The notes beneath the pieces were generated by a model. It was not told the DNA's origin. It searched no databases and was given only the letters and a program-made list of their open reading frames with translations. Both the position numbers and the translations under genes were made by a program. A stretch of 63,588 nucleotides of DNA, counting the filler, from Lenisia limosa (Eukaryota; Protista; Breviatea): assembly GCA_001655205.1 (NCBI GenBank). It is 15 parts of 15 records of this genome, joined end to end, with 100 filler letters (N's around TTAATTAATTAA, not from the genome) between each part and the next. Parts side by side here need not be neighbours in the genome. Positions count along the whole stretch, not along the records: positions 9,985 to 12,126 come from LPNZ01010678.1; positions 12,227 to 14,086 come from LPNZ01009657.1; positions 14,187 to 16,236 come from LPNZ01007087.1; positions 16,337 to 20,140 come from LPNZ01001358.1; positions 20,241 to 33,769 come from LPNZ01008349.1; 10 more parts are not named here. The stretch is one strand, 5' to 3'. Shown here piece by piece: positions 12,102 to 24,800 of this stretch (the first letter of the stretch is position 1; every line of letters begins with the position of its first letter).

Positions 12102-12551
12102 CTAGGGGGGGGGGGTAAATGTATGANNNNNNNNNNNNNNNNNNNNNNNNNNNNNNNNNNNNNNNNNNNNTTAATTAATTAANNNNNNNNNNNNNNNNNN
12201 NNNNNNNNNNNNNNNNNNNNNNNNNNGGTGGTTGTCCAAAATATATATTATAATATATGTAGAAGTATATAATTACATACTTTACCTAAAAAGCCACGTG
12301 GGGTATGGAGTGAGGCCAAAAATTAGGTGTATTATGTATCTATTGGACGACTTTTTGTATCTGTTTAAAAGACGGAAAAATATCGATAATTAAGTCTCTT
12401 TTTTTCAAACATAATCAAACTATTCGGGGAGACCTTCCCCCTTCCCCCTCCCTCCACACAATATGAATCGCATACCGCCTTTATAACCTCATAACCCCCA
12501 CATACACATTTCTCGTACGCTNNNNNNNNNNNNNNNNNNNNNNNNNNNNNN

Positions 12552-12699
12552 TGGAATGCGGGGCTTCAAAAGCGACTGGCCTGGGCTTTGTTTGTTTTAT
12601 TGTTCTCAACTCTCTTGTGTTGGTTGTAAGCCAACAGAGTTGATTTGGGCTTTCTTGTTTCTTAAATTTTACAAATTTACTCCCCCCCCCCCATTATAG
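12552..12699 (+). repeat. Dispersed intronic repeat R3 ending at a 3' splice site
   Basis: ...GCGACTGGCCTGGGCTTTGTTTG...CCAACAGAGTTGATTTGGGC...AAATTTACTCCCCCCC then CATTATAG| and an exon at 12700-12787. Confidence 0.8.
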
Positions 12700-12910
12700 C
12701 TACAACAATGAGCGCAATAACGCAGACGTTCGAGAAATCTCGAGCTATAATGAGATCGGAATTGGACCCCTTCCGCAACATCCGAAGGTAATGGGAGTTG
12801 AGGGGGATTCGTATCATATTCACAGCGAACGGGATAAGTCTTGACCGATTTGCTTTGTTATTTCCCCAGGAAAATCGATCAAGTCTTATCCCGGTCACTG
12901 TACATATGAA
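12700..12910 (+). CDS. 3' exons of an unidentified gene
   Basis: TTMSAITQTFEKSRAIMRSELDPFRNIR|RKIDQVLSRSLYI* with canonical AG/GT boundaries. Confidence 0.4.
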
Positions 12911-14186
12911 AGGTAATAGGAGTGTATGTGGGGATTTCGAAATAGAAGGACTTGTCTATTATCAATGCCATTCAAAACACTATATAGTATATAAGGTACG
13001 TCACCTAACCGTGAACACTAACCTGACCGTGAACATCAGACTTTTTTTTTCCGCTTATTTCATCATAATTGCGATCCCAGTTTTATTTAAAAATGGCGGT
13101 TAAATAAGAGAAGAAAATTTCTTGGGATAATAAAACACACAAAAACAAACACTGAACTGAACTGAACTAACTTATTCCATTTATGTCGACTCGATCTAGA
13201 TTTCTCTTTTGAAAAAGCGTTGGGAGTGGTGGAATTGGCTTACGCAAATGTTCCCCCTTCAACCCCTGGTTCAACAAAACTTGGTTCTCTTTTGTTTTGT
13301 TCTCCATAAAGGCGATGTCAAGATAATTTGAAATAGTTTTTAGAAAACTGGAAAGGTCATTCTTCAAAACCAGATACTGTTTTTAGCGGAACAATTTTTT
13401 TTGATAGGTTTGAAACTCTTGGTGACACCTCGAAGATAATCTTTGTATTAAGTTAAACACAAACCCCAGAACACTGGAGTTTGTGGGTCTAGAAGGTNNN
13501 NNNNNNNTGTTGTACAGCAACTAGCTGTAGACTTTTGACGAACCCCGAAAAGTAAAAGACTCTTGATGATTCCAGTATTAAGCAAATCAAAAATAGAGAT
13601 GAAGTGCTACGAAGAGTTGTTGAAGTAAAGAAATATTTTGGAACAAATTTTCTCTTGAAAATTTTGTATTTTCCCAGCAAAAACTTTTTCCAGAAAATTC
13701 ACTGTATTTTTCCAGGAAAACCACTGGAAAAGTGGAAAAATCCGATTCANNNNNNNNNNCAATCAGAAAACCACTCTCAGGAGAAAAAAAAAGGGTTTTC
13801 TTATAGGAAAACCACTGTAAAAGTGGAAAAATCCCTACTCCGGTGTTTTCCATTCGAATTGCTTCTCGTTTTTTTCTTCATGGTTGTCTTCCTTTGTTCC
13901 TCCGAGTTTTCTGAGGAAAACACTCATTACTTAAGAAATGAGCATTTTTTTTGACGCCTGCCTCCATTTTTTCAACTGAGGCCGTAAACTTGTGTTTTCC
14001 GGCCAGAAATCTCCAGTAAAAAAAAAAAAAAAAGCAGAAAACCACACCCAGGAAAAAAAACTCGGGTTTTTCTTTTTAATACTTCANNNNNNNNNNNNNN
14101 NNNNNNNNNNNNNNNNNNNNNNNNNNNNNNTTAATTAATTAANNNNNNNNNNNNNNNNNNNNNNNNNNNNNNNNNNNNNNNNNNNN

Positions 14187-14267
14187 GGACACCTCCTTAG
14201 TGTCCTTTGAACTTACTGTTTGGTACTACAAGGACACCTCCTTAGTGTCCTTTGAACTTACTGTTTG
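14187..14267. repeat. Two exact 36-bp copies (period 45) with internal hairpin GGACAC...GTGTCC at the scaffold start
   Basis: Direct inspection. Confidence 0.9.
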
Positions 14268-14289
14268 ATATGGCTTACTATTTCATTAC

Positions 14290-14322
14290 TAGGGCTTCAC
14301 TTCGATTTGCAAAAAGACTGCA
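14290..14322. mobile_element. M1 MITE left arm only
   Basis: TAGGGCTTCACTTCGATTTGCAAAAAGACTG. Confidence 0.7.
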
Positions 14323-14436
14323 TTTGGTTTTTCTTTTGATACATAAATTTTCAATTTTCGTCACCACCCTCGAAATTTCCTTCGTTTTTCTCCCCACCTT
14401 TGTGTGTTTCATAAAAAAAATATATTATCACGTACA

Positions 14437-14579
14437 CTGGAGTGATGGGATGCGGTGCTGNNNNNNNNNNNNNNNNNNNNNNNNNNNNNNNNNNNNNNNN
14501 NNNNNNNNNNNNNNNNNNNNNNNNNNNNNNNNNNNNNNNNNNNNNNNNNNNNNNNNNNNNNNNNNNNNNNCTCCCCCAG
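14437..14579 (+). repeat. R3 copy (gapped), upstream of or within the ankyrin gene
   Basis: CTGGAGTGATGGGATGCGGTGCTG-gap-CTCCCCCAG. Confidence 0.7.
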
Positions 14580-14785
14580 ATTAGTATCTTTACGCCAATA
14601 TTCTTCATCGAAATTTTCTTCGTTTTACCCCCTCCCGTAGACCCCCCAGGATTCATTGACAACGTCTGCGTCACGGCCGCAATCGAGTAAAAAGAAAAAG
14701 TGGGGAGGAGAAATTTTTTTGAGCCAACCGGAAGGTTTTGACGGGACGATATGAATTCTCTAATCCACTTTGTTACCGTTTTTAG

Positions 14786-16194
14786 AGGCAAAGCCAAAAA
14801 AGTTCAACTTCCCTACTCTGCTCCTTCTGCTTCTGGTAACTGGGATAACGCATTCAATCAAATTGGTTCTATTTGTTGTTATTTTCTCAATACCTTTTTT
14901 TGCAGTAAAGTCTCTATTGGATCTAGGATCATAGAGATCCGCAATACCTTGTAACTACTCAGCATATTTCCTCAGATATCTAACCCAAATTTCTTTGTTT
15001 ACTGTGAAGGCCACGCGAACCCTTCAGATGACTTGAGTCGAACAAAGCACCTATTAACCGGATGGGGTGAGGGGCTTTTTGATTTTTATGAAACCAGGAT
15101 TTCGAGCATTTTTCAATGGGTCAAAACGAGGGTATAGTCGATAATTATTTCTGTGTCACGCATGTTTGTGTTTTTAAGATACAAAGTAAGTCTACTTTCT
15201 TATTTTGTATTTTAACGCTCGAGTATGTTTTGAATGTTCAGTCAAAAGGAAGGACATCAGTTTTTGACATTTTTACCCCTGACACCCCCAGGCGACCTGT
15301 CAGCAGTCAATGAAAAAGATGATACGACAGGCTCCTTCCCCCTGGCTCTCGCGGCAACCAAGGGTTTAGACATGGTTGTTGAGGCGCTTGTTGGACGGTC
15401 AGCTGAGCTGAACCAAAAGGACAAAGTCGGTCGCACCGCGCTGTATCTTGCCGCCTCTTTTGGGAGAAGGTCTGTTGATACTATCTTAGATGTAATAATA
15501 ATACTTTAACGACTCTAATTGTTCCTATTAGGCTCATTAGAGCTTCACTTCGGTTCAAAAAAATACTGAATTTCTCGATAAATCTTTATTTTATCAGTCT
15601 TTTTCGAACCGAAATCATCCTTTGTAGGGCGTGCGTGGCGGTTCTGCTCTTGGCCGGGTCGGATATGGAGTGTGATAATGACTTCGGCAACAGCCCACTT
15701 CACGCTGCTGTTCGGAATGGTCGGTATTGACTTCTTCTAGTGACATAAGTTGTTCTCTGTTTTTACGGAACAAGAATTTGCGATACCACTTCTTATCGTA
15801 AATAATGGTGAATAGTCTTTTTTTTTTTAGTTAGACCTCTTTTTTTCATTGAAATTTGACTTTCTCACCTTTCAAGGACATAACGATGTTGTTGAGATGC
15901 TTGTTATGAATGGAGCCAATGTTGCAAAGGTTTGCTTGGCTTTGTAAGAGTGCTCAGATCGCTTTAGGGACTTGTTCTAATAATATAAAACAAATGACCA
16001 GATTTGTCTGGCTGCCTATTAGTATTTTTAGTTTATTGGCTATGTTCATGTATGGAGCAAGAGACTTTCTGAATGCGCATGAACAAACTGTTGTTTCCAT
16101 TTCCAATAATCTCCATCACGTTTTTAGGTGAACTCCAAGGGAGAAATGCCACTAGACAAAGCCAAGACACCGGAAATGACCAAATTTCTCAACT
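14786..16194 (+). CDS. Ankyrin-repeat protein (partial)
   Basis: Exons TGSFPLALAATKGLDMVVEALVGRSAELNQKDKVGRTALYLAASFGR|ACVAVLLLAGSDMECDNDFGNSPLHAAVRN|GHNDVVEMLVMNGANVAK|VNSKGEMPLDKA give three to four ankyrin repeats. Confidence 0.9.
15538..15615. mobile_element. M1 MITE, internally deleted, in an ankyrin-gene intron
   Basis: TAGAGCTTCACTTCGGTTCAAAAAAATACTGAATTTCTCGATAAATC...TTTTTCGAACCGAA. Confidence 0.8.
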
Positions 16195-16609
16195 GTATGT
16201 TGCGGTCAATTCGAGCCCAAGTACTCTCCTCTCCCCNNNNNNNNNNNNNNNNNNNNNNNNNNNNNNNNNNNNNNNNNNNNTTAATTAATTAANNNNNNNN
16301 NNNNNNNNNNNNNNNNNNNNNNNNNNNNNNNNNNNNAAACCAAATAACCCAACATCAGCCCTGAAACATAAATAATCGCGAGTGTGTGTTATTGTGTTTA
16401 TTTGTTTCCCTAGATTTCTAGTGTAGGTTCAATCCTATTTAATTTTGTGGAAATCTGAAGAAATATTTGGGATTCCCCCCCATATGCACATACAATTTAA
16501 TTTCGAACAAGAGAAATATCTGGGTTTACGGATCCAAAAAAAAAAAGAATTTCTCGATAAATCCCTAAAAACTATCGATGTTTTTTTCGAAAGCCCAATT
16601 GCAGAAAAC

Positions 16610-19600
16610 GAACCTGTCCTGATTCGAGTTGGAACCCCCAGGAAAAGAAGCTCAGCGATTTTGGTGATCCGAAGAACTTGTAACCGTGAACAATGACACT
16701 CTCGTCGTTCTGCGTAAAATAAGAGAAAATATTTTGTTTATGACGATTACAAAGGAGTAATAATATTATATAAGGTGTGAGATGAGTCAATTTTCATACC
16801 AGATAATGGACATTTTTTCGAGACTTCATGATTCTCAAAGCTTCTTTCGTGGATTCTTCGGGGTCTAGAATAGAGATGAGAAAAATAAAAACTTGTATCC
16901 GGCTGAAGCCCAGAAGGATTGATAACAAGCTCCCTCAAATTCTGTCATTGACATTATATTATTTCCGATGACAAAGCTACCTAAGCTTCTGATAAGTTCA
17001 AGGGGTATATTTACAGATAAATGATGGGGAATGTACATGGGGTGTACAATACTGCTACTGGTTTGAAAGCAAAAAAGTGACACAAAAAACCCTGAGATAA
17101 AACACAAAGTATCAACCAAGGAGGGGGGGGTAGAACGAAGGAAATGTCAATGACAGTTGATTCGATGTAAAAAACCCAATAAATCATACATTGAGACATT
17201 ACATACATTATATAGTATATCATATCATATCATACATATCATAAACCGTCGTCATCAGCAGCATAATTATCGCTATATTCTATTCATCATCATAATCAAT
17301 ATAATCCCCATAATCATCATTCATATGGTGGTTAGAGTGAGATACCTTCGTTATAAGCAGCGTGATGGATTCCGAACAAATGTCGACTGTAATTCTTCTC
17401 ATCGAGTACCTGAATTCGTGAAGAATAGAAATTTACTACGTGTCATGTCTAGGGCTTCACTTCAGTTCGAAAAAGACTGGTAAAATATCGATAGTTTTCA
17501 AGGATTTATCGAAAAATTTAGTTCGAACCGAAGTGAAGCCCTGGTCATGTTCCTTGTTAGTCGAAATGGAGTAGAATGGTTTTTCTTCTTTGTATTTCAA
17601 ATGGTTTTAATAATAAAGATGGAGAAAAAAGAAGAGAAATGAAGTAAGCACCCCTAAGACAATAAATCTTCTACCCCACCCCCCAAAAAAACAGAGCCAC
17701 ATCTCCCCAGACCATGTCGTGGTTACCGGCAACAACTATGACGGTTTTGTTTACGAGGGCTGGGCTTTTCAGAAACTCCATGAAGAGCTGGATAGTCTAG
17801 GGTGGGGGGTGGGGGTAAAATTGGAAACTTTATGAAACAAAAAATCAACTCAACAATTTTACTCCCCCACCCTCAAGGTTCCATTCGATGTCAAGTCTCC
17901 CGCCACGATAACAATATCAGCATTATCGGGTACAACAGGCGCGTGCTTTGGTATGAGAACAAAATAGAGTAGCATAAATATAGAAAAACGGAAATCAGAC
18001 AACAATAATAACAGACAGGCAGTGCGCAGTGAAATTCATTTATTGAACTGGTGAAAATACATACAGTGTACTTTAAGTCAGAACAGTAGAACGGGGAAGA
18101 AAAAAACAACGTTAAATAGTATCCAGACACAAAAGTAAGACAGCGAGGCGAGTGCTCTTAGCATTTGGTAATCATGAAATTATTTGTTCAGGGAAGAGTG
18201 CACCGAGATTTTTAGTTTCGCATCAACCTGGAGAGACACTATGCTGCACGAGCTCGTGGCCTCATGGCTTTCAATCATGTTCGAAACCTTTCAAAATGGA
18301 TCAAAAAAACTTCAGAATTAGCGTTTGTTTATTTGTTACTTATTGATCGCCGTGCGGATCCCTATCTTGACAAAAGTGCTCTCAAAGCATAGCAAGATGA
18401 TCGTATTCGACAATTTCGCACTGCATCTTACGCCCGTGAACAGCACTGGATCAACCGTCTTATGACTTTCACCCCTCACAATGTTGAGATGGCCGCAAGA
18501 CGTCATCATCGACGTTCGTCCTCTAGACCTGTCTGCCGACCTCCAGCACCTTCGAAAGGCCGCAATCCACATTGAGGCTGATAACTGAATCGTCCCACTG
18601 CGATTGTAGACCTCGCTAAACTTCAAGAAGAACTGTCAATGAAAATTTAAACTATCAACCACGAAAATCGATAGACGTCGCTTAACTTCAACACTCTAAA
18701 GAAGGACTAACTCATTGCGGCTTGCTCTGGCTTGTTGAGGTCAAATGTCCTTCAGCAACTCCACCCCTCCAATACTCCCTCCAAATTGCCTGGCAGATGC
18801 TTGTCTACTTTACTGTAGTGATAATGTTTCACTCCGACGAATTTGTATTTGCGAAGGCCCAACCTCGCAACTCGCGCAAGCAGCATGCTATATTCGCACG
18901 ATCTCATTAATATGATCGTATCTTTAGGCGTAAAATATAACTCTTGGGGTATTTTACTCTTACCAAATACAGAAACTTGCTGCTGGATGCTCTTCCGCAC
19001 ATCGCGGAAAAGCCAAGCCATTGTCCCTCTTCCTCTCTGTTTGTTTGTAAAAAACATAGGTGCGTACGGTTGTTGCCATGTCTTGCGATTTAATGGTGGT
19101 GTGCTGCTCCAAATGTGGGGCCTGTTTCTGCAGCAATCCTGAAGAAGACCCAAACAGAGCTACTTCTCTCCGCCGAGTGTTCGTCCAATGGCCTTCGATC
19201 CTACCGTTGCAACAGTCATCATTTCCTTGGCTTTTTATTGTGTTGAGTTATATACAAAACCTGTGAACTGAAGATAGTCTCTTTGTCTCAACATTCCCTC
19301 TGTGCACAGAAAGACTCTGGTCTACCATGTATTAATTTTTCTCCAGTAATACTGTCATTATATAAGACGTGATGGACTAATTCTTTGTTATTTTTAAACT
19401 TAATGAAGAAATTTGGCTTTTAAATGTCATTTCTAATGGGTACTTTTATCATTCAGTCCCCTTGTTGCCTGTGTGATTTTTTTCGTTATAGTATATATAT
19501 ATATATGGTCATCATTTGAATTGACACTCGTGTATCGCAAAGTAAAAGAGAGCAAACGAATGAAGATTTATGATTAAAGGTAAGTGAAAACGGGAAAAGG

Positions 19601-19790
19601 AGAATGAAACAGAAGGAAGAAGAATAGAAGAGCAACATTTATGGCCAACCTTTGTCCTCTCCTTGCCATGGATATCAGACATGCATACGACTCGGAGAAC
19701 GTCATCTGGCTACATCGTTGAGACAAACAAAAAAGCTTGACTGTGGAACCGAGAGGAACCGGTTTTTTCTCAGATTCTTGTTGCTCAGAT
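16610..19790 (-). CDS. Calcineurin-like metallophosphoesterase (MPPED1/2-like)
   Basis: Motifs in order: RVVCMSDIHG (~19660-19705), DIVIVAGDLTSNG (~17875-17920), VIVVAGNHDMVW (~17705-17745); further exons VLDEKNYSRHLFGIHHAAYNE and DPEESTKEALRIMKSRKNVHYL. Confidence 0.85.
17450..17543. mobile_element. M1 MITE, full length, intronic
   Basis: TAGGGCTTCAC...GTGAAGCCCTG; 8-bp TSD GTCATGTC/GTCATGTT. Confidence 0.9.
18180..19260 (+). pseudogene. Decayed intronless YqaJ/lambda-exonuclease-family ORF within the large intron of the phosphoesterase gene (antisense)
   Basis: HSKEGLTHCGLLWLVEVKCPSATPPLQYSLQIAWQMLV (~18690-18810) matches the YqaJ SPDG...VEVKCP...P..Y..Q..QM motif; flanking frames carry stops and frameshifts. 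Confidence 0.6.
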
Positions 19791-20240
19791 TTTGAAAATC
19801 AGTTCAGTGGGGGTAGGAACTATGTGTCCCTAGATCTTAGATCCTATGAAAAATATTGTTTAATATTTCAATATAATATTCAAAATTATAAAAATACTGT
19901 GTTAAATTACTAGAATGTTTCCCTCATACTTGTATAACTTACCAAGATGATTGGATTTTTTATTTCACGATCACCAACCTCTTTAGTCTCATCACCCACT
20001 TTTACGGAGACATATAATATGATATATATTTTGGGTTTGTTTTCAGTGTATTCTCCCCACTTCCCACTTTCACTGAGTCTCGTGTGACAGTTTTCGGTTC
20101 TTCGAAATGTTGTGATTCCTTTATGTCACACCATATGTCTNNNNNNNNNNNNNNNNNNNNNNNNNNNNNNNNNNNNNNNNNNNNTTAATTAATTAANNNN
20201 NNNNNNNNNNNNNNNNNNNNNNNNNNNNNNNNNNNNNNNN

Positions 20241-21295
20241 TAGGCGTTCTCGCTCTCGCTCTCGCTCTCCCAGAAGGTAGACGGGAGTATTCTTTTGTGC
20301 GAATTTCAATTGTGGTCTCACCATAGACATTAGCAACCCCCCTTAACGGACCAGGCGTTCTCCCCGCCGCCGCAGTCGCACTCCGCCCCGCCGCCGCAGG
20401 TGAGAAGATCACTACCACCAGGAGCTGCAAATGCAAAGTTTCTCACCATACTACAGCTTTGATTGTCGATTGTAACTAATGTTACTAATGCAGCTTGTCT
20501 GACTCCGCAGGTCTCGCAGTCCTCCTCGTTACCGCCGCCGTAGCCGCACTCCACCCCGCAGGTTTGGCTGTGATCTTCGGAAACACTTAAAACATCATTC
20601 TTCATTGGCGTCCATTCCGTAGATTATGATCTAATGATTAGACGCTCTCGCTCTCCCCGTCGCCGCTCTCCCCGTCGCCGCAGTCCCCCTCGCAGGTTCG
20701 AAGGGTGGCAGAATTATTTCTTTTTATTGTGTGGGGAGGGGGTATTCTGCATACTAAGCTTTCCAACTCACCGTTCAGAAGATCCCGTACTCCTCCTCGC
20801 AGGTATGTATCAACACGTACATATATTTTCCACAATTTGTTTGCTTCAAATGAAGGGGTTGTTTTTTTTTTTGGGTTGTTTTTTTTTTAATGTCTACTTG
20901 TTGATGGCATTCTTAGACGCACCCCTCCCCGCCGCTACTCGAAATCCCCATCCCCCCTCAGAAGACCGNNNNNNNNNNNNNNNNNNNNNNNNNNNNNNNN
21001 NNNNNNNNCAATAGATTGTCTGATATCAAATATTTTTAGATGATTTACAGTATTAGGGATGACTCTCCTCCCCGTCGTCGCTCCAGCCCTGCTCCCTCTG
21101 ATTCTTCACGAAGCAGTGCCTCCCACTCCCCATCTCCCCCACAGGTATTCATTCCCTATTCCACGTTTCCTTTCTGCTAAAAAAACCATCATTTTTCGCC
21201 GCCTACATTAATTAATGATTAGTTTGTTGTTGTTTCACTTCTAACTGCTCTAGGCCAAGGGTCGTGGAACTGTTGCGTATGTTAACGAGGATTAG
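20241..21295 (+). CDS. RS/RSP-repeat domain protein, C-terminal part (SRm160/SRRM1-like)
   Basis: Micro-exons RRSRSRSRSPR|RSPRRRSRTPPRRR|SRSPPRYRRRSRTPPR|RSRSPRRRSPRRRSPPR|RSRTPPR with canonical splice sites; the 3' end is uncertain. Confidence 0.8.
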
Positions 21296-21834
21296 GCTTG
21301 TAGTCTCTTTTTTTTTCTTGACAAAACTACAATGTTAGATAAACAATACATGTATTTTCCCAACTTTCTAATAAGGCTAGCTTTGTACCTATGATTATCA
21401 CTCTTTCTCATAATTAACCCTCTCTTTTTTTTTGAGATCAAGAATTCAGGTAATATAATACTAGAGTATATGATCATGATAGAGCTGAGAAAAAACAAGG
21501 TTGTATCAAATGACCAAATTACGATATCACTGCGCCGCCTCACTCATGGCCCTCGGGACCTCCTAGCCCAGCTAGGAATAACCAGGCAAGCAGGCTGTCA
21601 CACCTCTGTGTGATTTCAGGGAAGGGAGGAAGTAATAGTTGCTGTTTTCAAGGAAATGGATGATGGTTTTCAGAATATGATTCCACTATCAAAAGGCCAG
21701 CCCAAAATAAAGGCAAGCCTCGGGAAATTCACACCAAGTAAATAATAAATAACAAAACAAATACTTTTTTGCAACTACCACTACTATACTACTACTACTA
21801 CTACTACTACTACCGGACTTTATCTGAAATCACA

Positions 21835-24800
21835 TTCTCTTGTAACGCCATCTGCTGATCCGCCAATTATCCCGTTGAGGTGGGGTGGTGTCGAGAGTGT
21901 TCCAATTGTGCGAGTCACTTGAGAATGTTCGCGATCGAGAATCTGCCTAATTCAACATAAGACGGCATTTATATACTTTCTATCATAATATGTGATATCA
22001 TAAAAAAAAAAAATACCCTATATAAGTGATAGTACCAACCATTTTGACTTTCATTTGTAATGCAGCCATTGTCTTCTTTAGCTCCGAGACCTCCAAATCT
22101 GCCTTCGTCTTCTCATTTTTTGCTTTTGCTTCCAGATTAATGATTTCTGCTTTTTGGGTTAGTAAAACTGCATTGTTCTCCTTCAGATCTTCTTGCATTT
22201 GATGAGATGTGCGTTCAGCAGCTGCTAACTTCTCGGTCAGTTCATCAAAGCGACACTGGTCCCTAATCATTAACTGATAGCAATAATAGTCTTCCCATGA
22301 AGATAAAAATAAGAAAAATATCCATATACATGTAAGTGCCATAGCGTTTAAGAAAGTGTATATAGTATATGTATTATATAAATGAATAATACTATTACAC
22401 TATATCATATACAGTATCACACTCAATACAATATATTCATAATAATATATCATATGATACACCATTCCTGCCACATAAGATAACAATATAAATAAGGATG
22501 GTTACCTGAAAGACATTTCTTGACAAGTATGAGCGCGTGTAAGTCCAGCGCTCTCGTTGCTTAAGACCACCACATCACTGTCTCGCCCCTTTAATTTAGG
22601 TTCTTCATGTCGAACCTCAGAAATCATGGCCTCCAACTCTTCTTCTGTCCCTTCCTCTTCACTTGGCCCTCTTGATTCAGATTCCGCATTCTTTACCACC
22701 TCCTCGCCGAGCACCACATTCAGCTGTCGGCTCAGCTCCTTATGTTCCTCACGGAGCCGGTTAATGACTAGGTGGAGCTGTTTGGCTTCGTCATCTTTGG
22801 CCTGTGATGACAACCTTCCTTCCTGACACCTTCTCTCACATACTGCAAGGGAATCCTGAAGTTCATCCCGTTCAGCTGCGACTACCGCAATGGTATTTCC
22901 TTCTTCTTCTGCCTTGCCTTTCTTATTTTCAAACTCTTCAACTGTCTTTTTCAATCTTGTGATATCTTCTTCCATCTCTTTCACCTTTTGCTGTTCAATG
23001 TCTTTCTGCTGTAGCCTTTCTTCTACTTTATCCTTTTCTTCCATTATGGCCTTCAACACTTGTTCTTTTTCATCCATAATTTCTGAGTGTTGTTGCTCTA
23101 ACTGTGATAGTTGCTGTTCCTTTCCTTCAAGTTGTTGTTTCAAAGCAGTAATGGCCTCTTCAAGTGCGTTGTAATGCTCTTCCACTTCTTCAATTTTCGC
23201 TTTGAACTCCTCATTCTGTTCTTCAACTGCAGCAAACCTGTCTGCTGCCCTCTGGAGTTCTTCATATCTCTGTTGAGCTTCGTCCAGCTCTTTAATAAGC
23301 CTTTCAACTTCTGTTCTTAAATTGGGTATTTCAGCAACTTCTTCTGTAAGTTCGGAAATAGATTGTTCGGCTCTGAGTGTGGCGGCACGTGACAAGTCCA
23401 GTTCATTCTTGGCCTCGGCTTCAGATTGTCTCAGAAGATCACATTCCGCTTCAACCGTTAAAAGTGCTTCTTGTGACGCTGTCTGTGTTTCGAAATCAAG
23501 ACCATTCTCCTGTATTATGAGTTGAACCAATCATGAAGAAAAAGTGTAGCTGATCTGCAGTTTTCAGAAATTACCACGATGGAGAATAGTAAGTCAACTC
23601 AAACCAACCTGCATCGCCTTCAATGCCTCTTGTAAATCATAACTCTGTCTCTTGGCTGCCTTGGTTTCAGCCTCCAAATCGTATATCCTTTGATGCGCAT
23701 CAGCAATATCTGATGATGACTTCAAGAGGGCATTTTCGTCCCCATTATCAATCTGAGAGTAAAAAACGCTCATAATGGTGATAAAACAAGTTAAGATTTT
23801 GCACAAACCAAATGTTCATGTCTTCTGAAGAGGGATAGATACGCCATAATACTCTGTTCCTCGGGATGAAACGCAATGTCAGACGGGTCCAGAATGGCTG
23901 GGATTCCGAGCCTTGTTTCAGCTATCTCAAAGGCTGATGTCAAGTCACGCACAACTTCTGTCTAGATACATCAAGCTGCAGCGAGAGGCTCAAAAAAAGG
24001 TCCTTTCTAAACACCAAAAACATCAGCGTTTGAAAATTTAGAGGAGACAATACGAAGCTATAGTATATCATATATTGATATATATATATGTATATCTCTC
24101 TCCTCAGCGTATAAAAGTGTATCAGCAACGAATAAAATTCTGAAATTCCAAATACAAGCAAATTCATGAATAAGAATCTCGATTTGACAGACCCCCACAA
24201 ACCCCATTGACTTGAGTGAGATCGATAGAGCCTGGTACAAAGGAGCTCACTAGGTGGCAGAAGGCCTGTCCATCTTGGAAACTACAGGAAATCAGAACCC
24301 TCAAATGCTGATCTGAAGGCTTCATTTGGATCTGAAAAGGATCAAAATAATACTGCATTTTTTATTGAGGCTTTTATTGAGATTTCAGTCTTTGTTCATC
24401 CATAGGAAAGGCAATGTGACGACCTTGTTGACAAATTGGCGACCGCAAAGACATCTCGAAGTCTTGTTTCGACCCAAGACTTGACCTCCTTCTTGCTTCC
24501 CTTGACAACTGCCTTGGTTGTGGGGTCCTCTGAAAGGCTGTTAACCGACAAAATGTTGGGCTGACAACCCACTCCCATGTCAAAGGGTGGAGGAAAAGAA
24601 AACCCTGCTCACTGTTCCAGCCATGTCCTTGAATAACGTAGTAGTAAATGAGTGACCAAAGAAGTCCGAGTATGAGCTTTTCCTCTTGATTCACAATATC
24701 TGAACTGTGAAGCTCTGTGCCTACATATGATATACAATATAATTTGATATAATAACATCTACATGAACGCGACCGCTTTTTAGAATCATCCAAAATCCTC

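Noticed and set aside
12815-12895. TBC-like QIGQDLSR on the minus strand
   Set aside because: It is followed by a stop, and the splice signals support plus-strand exons here.
14187-14267. 36-bp palindromic direct repeat resembling a CRISPR repeat
   Set aside because: Only two copies, a 9-bp spacer, at a scaffold edge, in eukaryotic DNA with no cas genes.
18400-18490. AREQHWINRLMTFTP as the C-terminus of a GIY-YIG (Penelope) endonuclease
   Set aside because: No clear GIY/YIG motifs or RT upstream, and the adjacent VEVKCP..Q..QM motif fits YqaJ better.
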